A DNA stretch of 64,000 bases, from positions 1 to 64,000 of the forward strand of contig CAWKAR010000023.1 in NCBI GenBank assembly GCA_963847625.1, given 5' to 3'. The notes beneath the pieces were generated by a model. That model was given only the letters and a program-made list of their open reading frames with translations. It was not told the DNA's origin and ran no database searches. Shown here in pieces: positions 1-10,700 of this stretch. This stretch comes from a candidate division FCPU426 bacterium. Its GTDB lineage: Bacteria > Oederibacteriota > Muellerivitia > Muellerivitales > Muellerivitaceae. The stretch's first letter is position 1. Every line of letters starts with the position of its first letter. Made by a program: the position numbers and the translations under genes.

Positions 1-2719
1 GAGTCCCATCGAATTTTTTATGACCTTTGCCTGGGATCCGCAAAGATGGCCGAAGGAGAAGGTATCGGAGTTTACAAAATTGTGGGCAAAGCGTGAGTTC
101 GGCCCGAGGTACGCCGATGAGATTGCGGATATAGTTGCGAAATACACAAAGTATAATGCTAGGCGAAAGCCGGAACTCGTTGATGCTGATACTTTCAGTA
201 TTGTAAATTACAATGAAGCGGATAATGTCGTTGCCGATTGGAACGCTATAACGGTCAAGGCAGAGCAAATCTATACCGCGTTGCCTGATAATGCCAAGGA
301 TGCGTTTTTTGAGCTTGTTCTTTATCCGACCAAGGCAAGCGCAATAGTTACGGAGCTTTACGTTACCGCCGCTAAGAACCGCTTATATGTCTCACAGGGA
401 AGGGCTGTGGCTAATGACCTCGCTGCGAAGGTTCGGAAGTTATTTAAAGCCGATGACGATGTGTCTCAATATTACAATCATCTGGCCAACGGCAAATGGG
501 ACCACATGGCGGACACGTCGCATATCGGATATACATCCTGGAATCCGCCGCCAAAAAATAATATGCCAGGGGTTGAGGAAATTAACGTTCCTGCCGAGCC
601 GAACATTGGCGTTGCGATTGAAGGTTCAAGGTCCGCTTGGCCCGGTTCTTCTGATGAAGCGGTTCTGCCTGGATTTAGCGTGTTTGGCGAGCAACGTCGA
701 TATATCGACGTATTTAATCGCGGACAAACACCGTTTGAGTTCTCGGCTAAACCAAGCGCTGACTGGGTTGTTCTTTCTTCAACGAAAGGGACTGTTGAGA
801 AAGAAACGCGCCTATGGGTGAGCATCGACTACGGCAAAGCGCCTGCAGGCGACGCTAACGGTTTTGTGAAGATTTTAGGCTCGGATGCTAACGAGGTAAA
901 CATCAAAATTAGTTCATTTAACCCTGCAGAACCCAAAAAGGATTCCTCAGAGGGCTTTGTTGAAGCTGACGGGTATGTTTCGATGGAAGCGGAGCATTAC
1001 ACAAATAAAATTGATGCGGGCGAGGTTCGCTGGGAGAAAATCCCGGATTATGGCCGGACTGATTCTGCTATGTCGATTTTTCCTGTTACCGCTCAAAGCG
1101 TTACGCCACCTAAAGATTCACCATGCCTTGAATATAAGATGTATATGTTTTCTAAAGGCAGGGTTGAGGTTGAGACGGTTATGTCTCCGACACTGAATTT
1201 CGTTCCCGACAGGGACCTGCGTTATGCTGTATCGTTTGATGACCAGCCGCCGCAAATCATAACCATTGTGCCGAAGAATTATATCGTCGCTTACTCAAAC
1301 GAGGATTGGCAGGAATCTGTTAGAAATAATGCCCGTATAGTTAAAAGCGAACACTTGCTGTCTAATACGGGTTATCATACACTGAAAGTGTGGATGGTTG
1401 ACCCTGGTATTGTGTTGGAGAAAATTATGGTTAATACAGGCGGCATAAGGCCAAGTTACTTAGGCCCGCCCGAGAGTTATCGTAATACATTAACCGATGA
1501 TAAATCGAAAAACGCTGAAAACAACGCGGATGGCGGCGCTTTTGCGACGGGGAATTATCGTAATCTGTTTGCTGAAGCGGGATACCCCTCGGATAAAATT
1601 GGAGAGAAGATAAATTCTGCTTTTCAGCAGTTATTTCACGGCGACCCCTGCACGCAGGCAATATATTTTCCCGCCGGCAAAAATGCAAACGGCCCGCTCG
1701 CCTATATATTGGACGTAGGCAACGGTGATGTAGTCTCCGAAGGTATGTCTTACGGAATGATGATTGCCGTGCAGTTGGACAAAAAAGCGGAGTTTGACGC
1801 CTTATGGAATTGGGCAAAGACATATATGTATCACGATTCACCGAATCATCCTTCTTATGGTTTCTTTTCGTGGTCGGTTAAAACGAGCGGTGTGCCGAAT
1901 GATGAATTGCCTGCACCTGACGGAGAGGAATATTTCGTGATGTCGCTTTATTTTGCCTCGAATCGCTGGGGTAACGGCCGTGGCATTTATAATTACAAGG
2001 CCGAGGCCGACCGGCTTTTAAGCGATATGAAAAACCGCGTAAGTATCACGGGTCCGACTATAAGAGGCACAATGACGGCCAAAGGGCTTTTCAATATCGA
2101 ACACAAAATGGTTCGCTTCACTTCCGATGTTACACATATCGAGCATACAGACCCATCTTATCATTTGCCCGCGTTCTACGAGCTTTGGGCGAGATGGGGG
2201 CCTGAGGCAGACAGAACTTTCTGGATGCAAGCTGCTTCAGAAAGCCGGGACTTTTTCCAGAAGACAACAAACCCTGTTACAGGCCTTGCTCCTGACTATG
2301 CTAATTTCGACGGAACGCCATGGGCAAGTCCCTGGAACAGCGATTCCGCTAATTTTCAGTTTGACTCATGGCGCACTGTTATGAACTGGTCGGTGGACTG
2401 GGCATGGTGGGGGAAGGATGCACGCGAAAGACAATTGAGCGACCGATTACAGGCGTTTTTTGAGTCAAAAGGGATGTCTGCCTACGGAAACCAGTTTACA
2501 CTCGACGGCAATCAGGTCGGCTCGGACCACTCTGTTGGATTAGTGGCGGCCAATGCTGTCGCTGGCCTTGCTGCTGCCAATCCGCGCACAAAACAATTTA
2601 TCGAAGCGTTGTGGAATGCGTCTGTCCCAGCCGGGCAGTGGCGTTACTATGACGGGATGCTTTATATGTTTGCAATGCTTCATTGCAGTGGCGAATTTCG
2701 AATCTGGCGGCCCCAATAG
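1..2719 (+). CDS. GH115 alpha-glucuronidase (C-terminal part) fused to GH8 reducing-end xylose-releasing exo-oligoxylanase; 5'-truncated by window edge
   Basis: N-part has GH115-like motifs (YNARRKPE, NGKWDHM, GYVSMEAEHY, DPGIVLEK, SYLGPPES). C-part has GH8/Rex motifs (SEGMSYGMM, PAPDGEEY, TDPSYHLPAFY, FDSWR, RYYDG). Frame is open upstream of 20. Confidence 0.85.
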   Translation, partial: SPIEFFMTFAWDPQRWPKEKVSEFTKLWAKREFGPRYADEIADIVAKYTKYNARRKPELVDADTFSIVNYNEADNVVADWNAITVKAEQIYTALPDNAKDAFFELVLYPTKASAIVTELYVTAAKNRLYVSQGRAVANDLAAKVRKLFKADDDVSQYYNHLANGKWDHMADTSHIGYTSWNPPPKNNMPGVEEINVPAEPNIGVAIEGSRSAWPGSSDEAVLPGFSVFGEQRRYIDVFNRGQTPFEFSAKPSADWVVLSSTKGTVEKETRLWVSIDYGKAPAGDANGFVKILGSDANEVNIKISSFNPAEPKKDSSEGFVEADGYVSMEAEHYTNKIDAGEVRWEKIPDYGRTDSAMSIFPVTAQSVTPPKDSPCLEYKMYMFSKGRVEVETVMSPTLNFVPDRDLRYAVSFDDQPPQIITIVPKNYIVAYSNEDWQESVRNNARIVKSEHLLSNTGYHTLKVWMVDPGIVLEKIMVNTGGIRPSYLGPPESYRNTLTDDKSKNAENNADGGAFATGNYRNLFAEAGYPSDKIGEKINSAFQQLFHGDPCTQAIYFPAGKNANGPLAYILDVGNGDVVSEGMSYGMMIAVQLDKKAEFDALWNWAKTYMYHDSPNHPSYGFFSWSVKTSGVPNDELPAPDGEEYFVMSLYFASNRWGNGRGIYNYKAEADRLLSDMKNRVSITGPTIRGTMTAKGLFNIEHKMVRFTSDVTHIEHTDPSYHLPAFYELWARWGPEADRTFWMQAASESRDFFQKTTNPVTGLAPDYANFDGTPWASPWNSDSANFQFDSWRTVMNWSVDWAWWGKDARERQLSDRLQAFFESKGMSAYGNQFTLDGNQVGSDHSVGLVAANAVAGLAAANPRTKQFIEALWNASVPAGQWRYYDGMLYMFAMLHCSGEFRIWRPQ

Positions 2720-2861
2720 CACCTATATAAAAGAGGATTTGGCTTCGCAAGCGATTTCTGAAATCCCCCAGACGGGCATAAGAATAGGGAGGAGGTTTTT
2801 TACCTGCCGGAACCTTGTTTTTTGCCTGATTTTGCAGGTCAGAGGTGCGATTTGCTTGAAA

Positions 2862-3202
2862 AGCAAAGTTTTTAAAAAAAAAAGCAAAAAATCCTTGACT
2901 TGCCTTTGCTCAAAGGGTATCTTATAAGTAAACGATTACTTGTTCGACTTATAATAGTAAGAGAGTTCGGCGGATTCGCCGGATATTATGGGTCTTGTAA
3001 TGGAGAAGGGTGTGAAGATGAGTTTACGAGAGGATAGAGCATTTCTGGAGACAATTCTGAGATATGCGTCAGATGCGGTCAGAGTTTGTACGCATATCGC
3101 ACGGATACGAATATCTCGCAAGGTTTACTGGTTGAAAGTCGGGACGGATATTAACAAGAAGGGTAGTTTAGATATTAACATTTTTTGAAGGAGGAGTAGA
3201 GT
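2862..3202 (+). repeat. Conserved ~340-bp upstream/leader region, copy 1 (copy 2 at 4152-4494)
   Basis: Colinear similarity to 4152-4494 from AAAGCAA through the RBS AAGGAGGAG. Confidence 0.9.
2895..2923 (+). promoter_or_regulatory. Putative sigma70 promoter TTGACT-N17-TATCTT
   Basis: Same arrangement in copy 2 (TTGACT-N17-TATTTT, 4187-4215). Confidence 0.55.
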
Positions 3203-3871
3203 ATGAGTAGAATATTGATTACTATTTGCGTTTCTTTGCTTTTAGCTTCCACAAGTTATGCCTATACCCCTTTGGTTATAGGTAACTGGGAAACTAACAC
3301 TGGCGATGGGTGGGGTGGATGGATAAGCAGCAACGTGGTAGCCGCTAATCCGTTGCCCATCACTTTGTCGAACAGCGTTACCTATTCTCAAGGCACAGTT
3401 GGCGTTACTCTTGGGAGCAGTAGTTTGGATGTGGCAGGGTCAGGCTGGAAACAGAGTCTTGCTATAAGCATGGGCGGGTCCCAGGTGGCAGCTTTTCTTG
3501 GCAACACGACGTTTCAAATCGATGTGTCGGTTGCAGCGAGTAATGGTGTTTATACATCCGGCTATAGCGAGATAGATTCCGTTGCTATGAACGCCGGAGG
3601 TCCCGGATATACGACTTTAGTTTCAGGCAACCCCATCACTTATTACTGGTGGGGCAGCGCCGGTGCGCGGACAACGACACTGAGCGTAAATTACACCGCT
3701 TTCAAAGCGGCAATGACAGAAAGCAGCTGGGTTCAGATAGTCATTACGACCAATACAGGCGGTGGAGCACCAGCGGATATGTATTTTGACAATGCACGGC
3801 TTACTCCCGAGCCGGCAACAATGGCACTGCTTGGACTTGGCGGCCTTGCTTTGATTCGCAGGAAACGCTAA
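3203..3871 (+). CDS. PEP-CTERM surface protein
   Basis: Signal peptide, S/T/G-rich body, C-terminal TPEPATMALLGLGGLALIRRKR, strong RBS. Confidence 0.92.
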   Translation: MSRILITICVSLLLASTSYAYTPLVIGNWETNTGDGWGGWISSNVVAANPLPITLSNSVTYSQGTVGVTLGSSSLDVAGSGWKQSLAISMGGSQVAAFLGNTTFQIDVSVAASNGVYTSGYSEIDSVAMNAGGPGYTTLVSGNPITYYWWGSAGARTTTLSVNYTAFKAAMTESSWVQIVITTNTGGGAPADMYFDNARLTPEPATMALLGLGGLALIRRKR

Positions 3872-3906
3872 GTTTAACAGCTTGAATAGTTGAAAAGTAA
3901 ATCGAT

Positions 3907-3970
3907 AAAGCGCCGTCGCGATTCCGGAATATCCGAACGTTCGGTCGGAAACGCGGGGCGCTTTTCTTTT
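3907..3970 (+). terminator. Long-stem intrinsic terminator-like hairpin, copy 1
   Basis: AAAGCGCC..CGCG.TTCCG..CGGAA.CGCG.GGCGCTTTT followed by U-tract; near-identical copy at 5405-5468. Confidence 0.7.
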
Positions 3971-4151
3971 ACTTCTGACTGGCCATTGCCCATCGGGGCA
4001 TCACGTGTAAGGTGTTATTTTGACCGATACCATTTTTTCCGGCCCATGTTTAGAGCGATTTACTTAAAGCACGTTAATTTTTACAGCATTCAAAGCCGCA
4101 ACACCCCTGTTATTTTGAAGAAATGGGGTTAAAGGCCCGGTTTTTTGCTGC

Positions 4152-4494
4152 AAAGCAAGGTTTTTTGAAAGAAAAGCAAAAAAATCTTGACTTACCATTG
4201 CTTGAATGGTATTTTGTAAGTAAGCGTTTACGTGGCGACTTATAATAGCAAGAGAGTCCGGCGGGATTCGCCGGATATTATAGGCCTTGTAATGGAGAAG
4301 GGTACGAAGGCGATTTTACGAGAGGATAGAGCAATTCCGATGACATTCCAGCGATATGCGCCAAATGCGGTCAGAGTTTGTACGCATATCGCACGGGTAC
4401 AAATATCTCACAAGGTTCAACAGTTAAAAATTGAAATAAAGTATTAACGAGAAGGGTAGTTTGAATATTAACATTTTTTACAAGGAGGAGAAGT
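4152..4494 (+). repeat. Conserved upstream/leader region, copy 2
   Basis: Colinear with 2862-3202. Confidence 0.9.
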
Positions 4495-5370
4495 ATGAGC
4501 AAAAAGATAATTATTATTTCAGCATGTCTTGTTCTTTCGTTAGCGTTGACGGCTTCGGCGTCCACAGGGGCATTTACAGGGCCTCAAACACACGCATTGC
4601 TGTCGGTGGACCTCAACGGTGGTACATCCGGGCAAGGCTGTCCTACTGAGGGCTGGAACGGTTCGTATAGCTCCCCGTCATTTAGCGCGGACCCCTACGG
4701 TGTGACGTGGCAGCCATGGGGCGGCCCGACCAACGCCTACGGCGATGGGACCGTTTTGCCATCGGGTACCGGTGTCACGAGCATTTCGAAGGCCTTTGGC
4801 TCTGTTAACCCTGTGACGTTGACAGTTAGCCTACCCGGCAGTGCCTCCAACTATGCCTCGGCAATGCTCAATTCGCGAGACCGTGGATATCCATCCCCCG
4901 ATTACACTGCCGACAACGATATGTTCCGTGACTTTCTCTTTGTGGGCGGCAGCGGCAGCAACACGCAGGGCACCAACTATATGGAAGTCGAGGCCAGCGG
5001 ACTGAATCCGGGTAGTACATACCAGATTGCGCTGTATGCCTACGACTCGACCGGTAGCCACTCAATGAACTGGACAGCGATAGCTCCGTATAACTCAGGC
5101 GGATATACCGACATCACCGGTTTTGTAGCCCCATCAGATGAGCAAACCATCACGTGGACAGGTAGCGGGGCTAGGCAGGCACCAGCCGTGTTCACGTTAA
5201 CCGCGGACAGTAGCGGTAACATCTATGCTTGGGGTTTCGGTGGTAACGGCGTTACCGGCAACAGCAATGCCGATACCACTTACCTCGATGGTATCCAGAT
5301 CATTCCCGAGCCGGCAACAATGGTTCTGCTTGGTCTGGGCGGCCTGGCTCTGATTCGCAGGAAACGCTAA
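4495..5370 (+). CDS. PEP-CTERM surface protein
   Basis: Signal peptide, C-terminal IPEPATMVLLGLGGLALIRRKR. Confidence 0.92.
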   Translation: MSKKIIIISACLVLSLALTASASTGAFTGPQTHALLSVDLNGGTSGQGCPTEGWNGSYSSPSFSADPYGVTWQPWGGPTNAYGDGTVLPSGTGVTSISKAFGSVNPVTLTVSLPGSASNYASAMLNSRDRGYPSPDYTADNDMFRDFLFVGGSGSNTQGTNYMEVEASGLNPGSTYQIALYAYDSTGSHSMNWTAIAPYNSGGYTDITGFVAPSDEQTITWTGSGARQAPAVFTLTADSSGNIYAWGFGGNGVTGNSNADTTYLDGIQIIPEPATMVLLGLGGLALIRRKR

Positions 5371-5404
5371 TTCAGTTGTTTGAGTAGTTGAAAAGTAAAT
5401 CGAT

Positions 5405-5468
5405 AAAGCGCCGTCGCGATTCCGGAATATCCGAACGTTCGGTCGGAAACGCGGGGGCTTTTCTTTTT
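5405..5468 (+). terminator. Long-stem terminator-like hairpin, copy 2 (between convergent genes)
   Basis: Near-identical to 3907-3970. Confidence 0.7.
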
Positions 5469-8000
5469 ACTTCATTAAGGCGGTCGCAAACGACTTCAAT
5501 TGCTGAGAGTCAATTGTTTTGGCTCCCGTCTTTTGTTGAGTTTCTTTAATAAACTGCATCACTATCTGCGTCAATACGGCGCCGGGCCTCGGATAAGCGG
5601 CTACAATATAATGGGGGCCGGGCTTCGATTCCCCCTCTTCCTTTTCCATCTCGGCCCTGAGGTTGTCAGGCGTTATTAAGGAATTGGCGTATTGGAAGAC
5701 GACCTTGTCCATTGCCTTATATACTTCCTTGCTTTCCTTGAGCATTCCATAATAGTCAAGGAGCTGCGCAAAAACGTAATTGGACGTTGTATATACGTCC
5801 TGACCTTGTTCCGATTTTACCTGCCCGCCATCCTTTGTCCGACACATAGCCCAGCCCATGGTGGTCTTGTTATTGTTGTAAATTGTTTTAAGAATCTGCT
5901 TTGCCCTTTCGGCAGGGATAAACGGCTCTTCTCCCATAGCAATCAGATACCATAGGCTGTCGAGCTGATTAGTCCAGACGTCGGTGTTTGTTTTGCTAGT
6001 CAGGGGGTCGTAGCAGGTGATATAATACTGCATTCTCCGGCCTTTTTTGTTTTTCTTGTCCTGCCATAGTTTCTCAAAGGTAACCGAGGCCTTTTGGAAG
6101 CAGTCCTCATATCGTTTTTTGGCCTGATTGTCATTCATCATCTCCGCCATTCGGGACATTGCCTGACAGCTGGCAAGGAACGTGGTGGTATCGTAAGCGT
6201 CTGCCCCGAACAGGACCAGGTTATCGAAAGTGTTCTTAACCTCTTCGGGATTGCCTTCGGGTATGCCGTCTTTGTCTATATCGAGATCCATCGAATGCTC
6301 GAATCCGAATTTCAGCGTCTCCCAGTTTTTCTTGAGGAAATCCTTGTCATTTAGGAATTTTACGTTGCGCAGTACCCTTAAAACCAGCTTCGGGAAAAGG
6401 TCAACCCAGTAATTATTGTTGTACCACGCATAATCGCTTACGTTACGCAGAGCATGACCTTTCGGCAAAGCGCCTACATCATGAGCGACGCTGCCCTTGA
6501 CCTTAAAAGCATCTCTTATCTGGGTCAGCGACACGTTCTCGTATTCTTCCGGATGCTCTTCAAAATGCTTTCTCGCTTCAACAAAAGAGGCGTGGTAATG
6601 ATAGTAACGCTTTGTGGGGTCCTCCGCCAGAATCGAGTTAATGAACCGCTGGCAAAGTTCCTTTTCTATATTAGGAAACAGCACCATTAGAACCATCGAA
6701 TACCAATCGACATCCGAGGGGTCAATATAGGCATAATCGAAACATTCAAGGAAGCGGGCGGTATCGTTGCCATTTTGGTCTTCAACCCACACGGCGGCGT
6801 TTGACAAGGGGAAACTGAATTCGTTAAAAATCAGCCTCGTCAGCCGTAACGCACCGGTCTTATCCCCTTTATAGGATGGGCTTTTTTGTATCTGTTCGAA
6901 TATTCTGTTTTGTATTGTTTCAGTTTTGCTTAGCCATTGGGGGTAATTGTCGAGAGCGAGTTTGGCCATATCAATGGCGCGGGTCTCTTTGTTTTTGAAA
7001 TATTTGACATATTTGCGTTCGAATAGTTTGCCGTCAATATATCGCTGCTGCGGGAAGTCCAAAGCGGCGACAAACGGAATTGTTTTTGTTTCCTTTGGTT
7101 CTAGTGTAAAGGAAACGCCGATGGCTGCGCCATAATCCTGATTGAGAATCGGCGCTCTCTTTCGTAAAAACTGCCGTCGTCATTCAGCAGCAAGTCCTGT
7201 TTAAGACGGTTCAGGCAAAAAGAGGGGTGCGTATCTATTTTGACGCCGGCCATTTCAGGCACAGCAATAACCATTCTGTCTTCACATTCGGCGCTTGCCA
7301 TAACCACGCCTCTTATTCCAGCCGAACTGAAATCTTTATGAATGTGGCCCTTTACCGGCGTTGCACATATATAAACGGTGTCCTGGTCGGTGGGCTTTAA
7401 TTCCTTTTCCTGAAGATTTACCAGCGACGGCCTCGGTATGACGAGGGTAATTTGATGCTCTTTTTTCGATGTATTGGTTACCTCGAACTCCTCAACACCA
7501 ATGGGCATAAGGGCCTGTTTGTCGCCGGACAAAAACGGAGAAATCAGCTTTCTTGTTACGGTTACGTTATCTAATTTGTAAGAAATCAGTGCTAAAGGCG
7601 TAGCGAGAGAAAGCGAAACCTGCTTTTCGGATATCGGAGGATGATAATAGTTTTTCAATGCGGGCACATCATCAGGGCCTTCCGCCTTCGTTGGATTCTT
7701 CGCGGTGAGCATAACAGATTTATCATCAACGCGAATAAACGGGGCCGAGGCGAATTGAATGGCATTTTGATTTAATAAAATCAGCCGTCCGGCATTATTT
7801 AGCCGGTTATATAAACCTTCTGGAGATATGCCTATTGAGCAGGTAGGAGCCCCCTGTAAAAAAATCGTATGGGGGAACTGCAGGGTTTTGGACATCCCCT
7901 GAAAGTGGACCGTCATTTTATTCTTAACGTAAATCTCGGATATCTGTGTCCCTGAAATTGTAAAAACGTCGTTAATTTTCAAGCTGCCTGCCTTTGACAT
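5467..8000 (-). CDS. GH116-like (GBA2-type) glycoside hydrolase, split by one apparent frameshift near 7160
   Basis: ORFs 7101-8000 and 5467-7062 join if one A is added in GAAAGAGAG. GH116-like motifs FLECFDY, AHDVG, WVDLFPK, DIDKDGIPE, NTFD, AYPRPGAV. Confidence 0.7.
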
Positions 8001-8202
8001 TCAATATCTCCTTAGTTCTGGGAATAACCGTTTGTTTTATGGCTTTTTCCTGATTTCGAGCGCAAAAAAATAAGCAGACGACATATACGCGCGTGGGTTT
8101 ATACAGGTTCATGCTTATGGCGCCCCAAACGTCCCTGAAGCCCTTTTTTAAGCCAAAATAATACTAGCCGGCCGTTAACTTGTCAACGGATGTCAAGGTC
8201 GC

Positions 8203-8700
8203 TTATTTATACATCTCATCAAACGACTTCTGGGCAGCCACAACCGCGGCCCGCATCATATCCTCGGCCTTGGCTGTTTCACGTTTGGCAAGAACCGCCA
8301 TCAGGGCTTTGGTATCCAGCTCAGCGGCGGCCTTTGCACAGGCCTCCCAGCTCAACACGCTTCTTATTACCCTGTCGATTCCCTGCTCAGCGTTATCATA
8401 AGCCCGCGTCTGCATATCGTGACCCTTCCAGCGGGCATATCCCGCCTGCTGAAGAAGACCGGCAATCGCGATATTCATCCCGTTAATGCGTGTGCCGTGG
8501 TCGATATCGTATTTACCTGGCCCGCCGAGGATAATGCCGTCGTTATAACCCTGGCTGTTGAGGTGCATATGCACCATCATATCGTTGTCTAATTCCTCGA
8601 CGCTGTCGTAAACGTGGTCAAGACCAATCATTTCCGAATGGCCGAATTCCTTGTTGACGCCTTTATTCTTCAAGGAGACGCCAAATTCCTTCTCGATGGA
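8203..8700 (-). CDS. Xylose isomerase-like TIM-barrel protein, C-terminal fragment (5' part lost at junction ~8700)
   Basis: GVNKEFGHSEMIGL, HMHLNSQ and KYDIDHG parallel the GVNPEVGHE..AGL, HIDLNGQ and KYDQD motifs of class I xylose isomerases. Confidence 0.6.
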   Translation of the reverse strand, partial: SIEKEFGVSLKNKGVNKEFGHSEMIGLDHVYDSVEELDNDMMVHMHLNSQGYNDGIILGGPGKYDIDHGTRINGMNIAIAGLLQQAGYARWKGHDMQTRAYDNAEQGIDRVIRSVLSWEACAKAAAELDTKALMAVLAKRETAKAEDMMRAAVVAAQKSFDEMYK

Positions 8701-8789
8701 GTCGCCTGTTTGGCGGCGGCTGTGGTCGCCCTGACCGTGATTCCGCCGAAAAAAAGCTAACCTGAACGCGGAAAGAGAAAGAACCTTTT

Positions 8790-10700
8790 ATGGAAGAACT
8801 GAAAAAACAGTACCCTGAAAAGTTCGTCTCGGAAGCGCAGGTCTTCAGTCATATCCATCCCGGCGACCGCATCTTCATCGGCACCGGCTGCGGCGAGCCG
8901 CAGTACCTGGTGCAGGCCCTGATCGAGTACGTCGAAGTCGCACCCCAAGGCGTTCTTCGACGCCGAGGTGCTGCACGTCTGGACCCTGGGCGTCGCCCCC
9001 TACGCCGACGAGAAGTTCAAGCAGAACTTCCGCCACAACTCGTTCTTCATCGGCGACAACACCCGCGAGGCGGTCAACCGGGCCTGGCGGACTACACGCC
9101 CGATCTTCCTCTCGCAGGTGCCCGGACCTCTTCGACCGCGGGTTCGTCCCGATCGACGTGGCGCTGATCCAGACCTCGCCTGCCCGACGAGCACGGCTAC
9201 ATGAGCCTGGGCGTCAGCGTGGACATCGTCAAGGCGGCCGTGGAGAGCGCGCCGGCTGGTCATCGCCCAGGTCAACCCGCACATGCCGCGCGTGCACGGC
9301 GACACGCTTCATCCACATCGAGCGACGTGGACTTCATCGTGCCCTACGACGAGCCGCTGCTGGAGTACGAGCCCGACGGTCGTCCGACGAGATCGCCCAG
9401 CGCATCGGCAAGTACGTGGCGCGCATCGTCGAGGACGGCGACACCATCCAGGTCGGCTACGGCAGCATCCCCAACGCCATCCTGGCCAACCTCGACGGAC
9501 AAGAAGCACCTGGGCGTGCACACCGAGCTGCTCACCGACGGCATCGTCGAGCTGATGAAGCAGGGCGTCATCGACAACTCGCGCAAGACGCATCGACCGC
9601 GGCAAGACCGTGGCCACCTTCTGCATGGGCACGCCGGACGACCTACGAGTTCATCCACGACAACCCCAGCCATCGAGTTCCGGACGATCGACTACACCAA
9701 CAACCCGCTGGTCATCGCGCAGCAACGACAACATGACCGCCATCAACAGCGCCCTGGAGATCGACCTGACCGGCCAGGCCACCGCCGAGTCGATCGGCAA
9801 GATCTTCTACAGCGGCATCGGCGGCCAGGCGGACTTCATGCGCGGCGCGGTCCTGGCCCCGGGCGGCAAGACCATCCTGGCCATGCAGTCGACGGCCGAG
9901 AACGGCGACGGTCTCGCGGATCGTGCCGTTCCTCCAGGAGGGCGCGGGCGTGACGCTGACCCGCGGCGACATCCATTACGTGGTCACCGAGTACGGCATC
10001 GCCTACCTGCACGGCAAGAACATCCGCGAGCGGGCCATGGAGCTGATCGCCATCGCCCATCCCAAGTTCCGGCCCTGGCTGATCGAGGAGGCCAAGAAGC
10101 TCAACCTGATCTACCGCGACCAGGCGTTCATCCCCGGCAAGAGGGGCGAGTACCCGGAGGACCTGGAGACCTACCGCACCACCGAAGACGGGCGTCGAGA
10201 TCCTGCTTCCGGCCGGTGAAGATCAGCGACGAGCCGCTGCTCAAGGACTTCTTCTACTCGCTGTCGGACAAGAGCATGTACCGCCGGTTCATCTCGCGTG
10301 CGCAAGGACATGCCCCACGAGCGGCTGCAGGAGTTCGTCGTCATCGACTACACCAAGGAGATGGTCATCCTGGCGGTCACGGCTCCAGCAGGAAAGAGCG
10401 AGGAGATCGTCGGGCGTGGGCCAGTACGGCATCGACGAGAACGACGCACACCGCGGAGGTGGCCTTCGTGGTGCGGGACGACTACCAGAACAAGGGCATC
10501 GGCACCGAGCTGCTGGCCTACCTGACGCTTCTGGCCAAGAAGCAGGGCCTGCTCGGGCTTCACCGCCGAGGTGCTGGTGGAGAACACGGCCATGCTGCAC
10601 GTGTTCGAGAAGATGGGGTTTGACATGCGAAAACGGACCGGACGGCGGGCGTGTGTACGAGCTGAAGATGGCGTTCAAGGGAGGCAAGGATGGACGCTGA
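8790..10700 (+). CDS. Acetyl-CoA hydrolase/CoA-transferase fused to C-terminal GNAT domain (many frameshifts)
   Basis: Fragments in alternating frames: PGDRIFIGTGCGEPQ, GDTIQVGYGSIPNA, LGVHTE, AINSALEIDLTGQ, YSGIGGQADF, YVVTEYGIA, AEVAFVVRDDYQNKGIG. Confidence 0.8.

Noticed and set aside
2988..4447. Paralogous small ORFs (2988-3188, 4232-4447) as leader peptides
   Set aside because: Differences between copies are nearly all non-synonymous, and starts and stops differ; conservation is better explained at the nucleotide level
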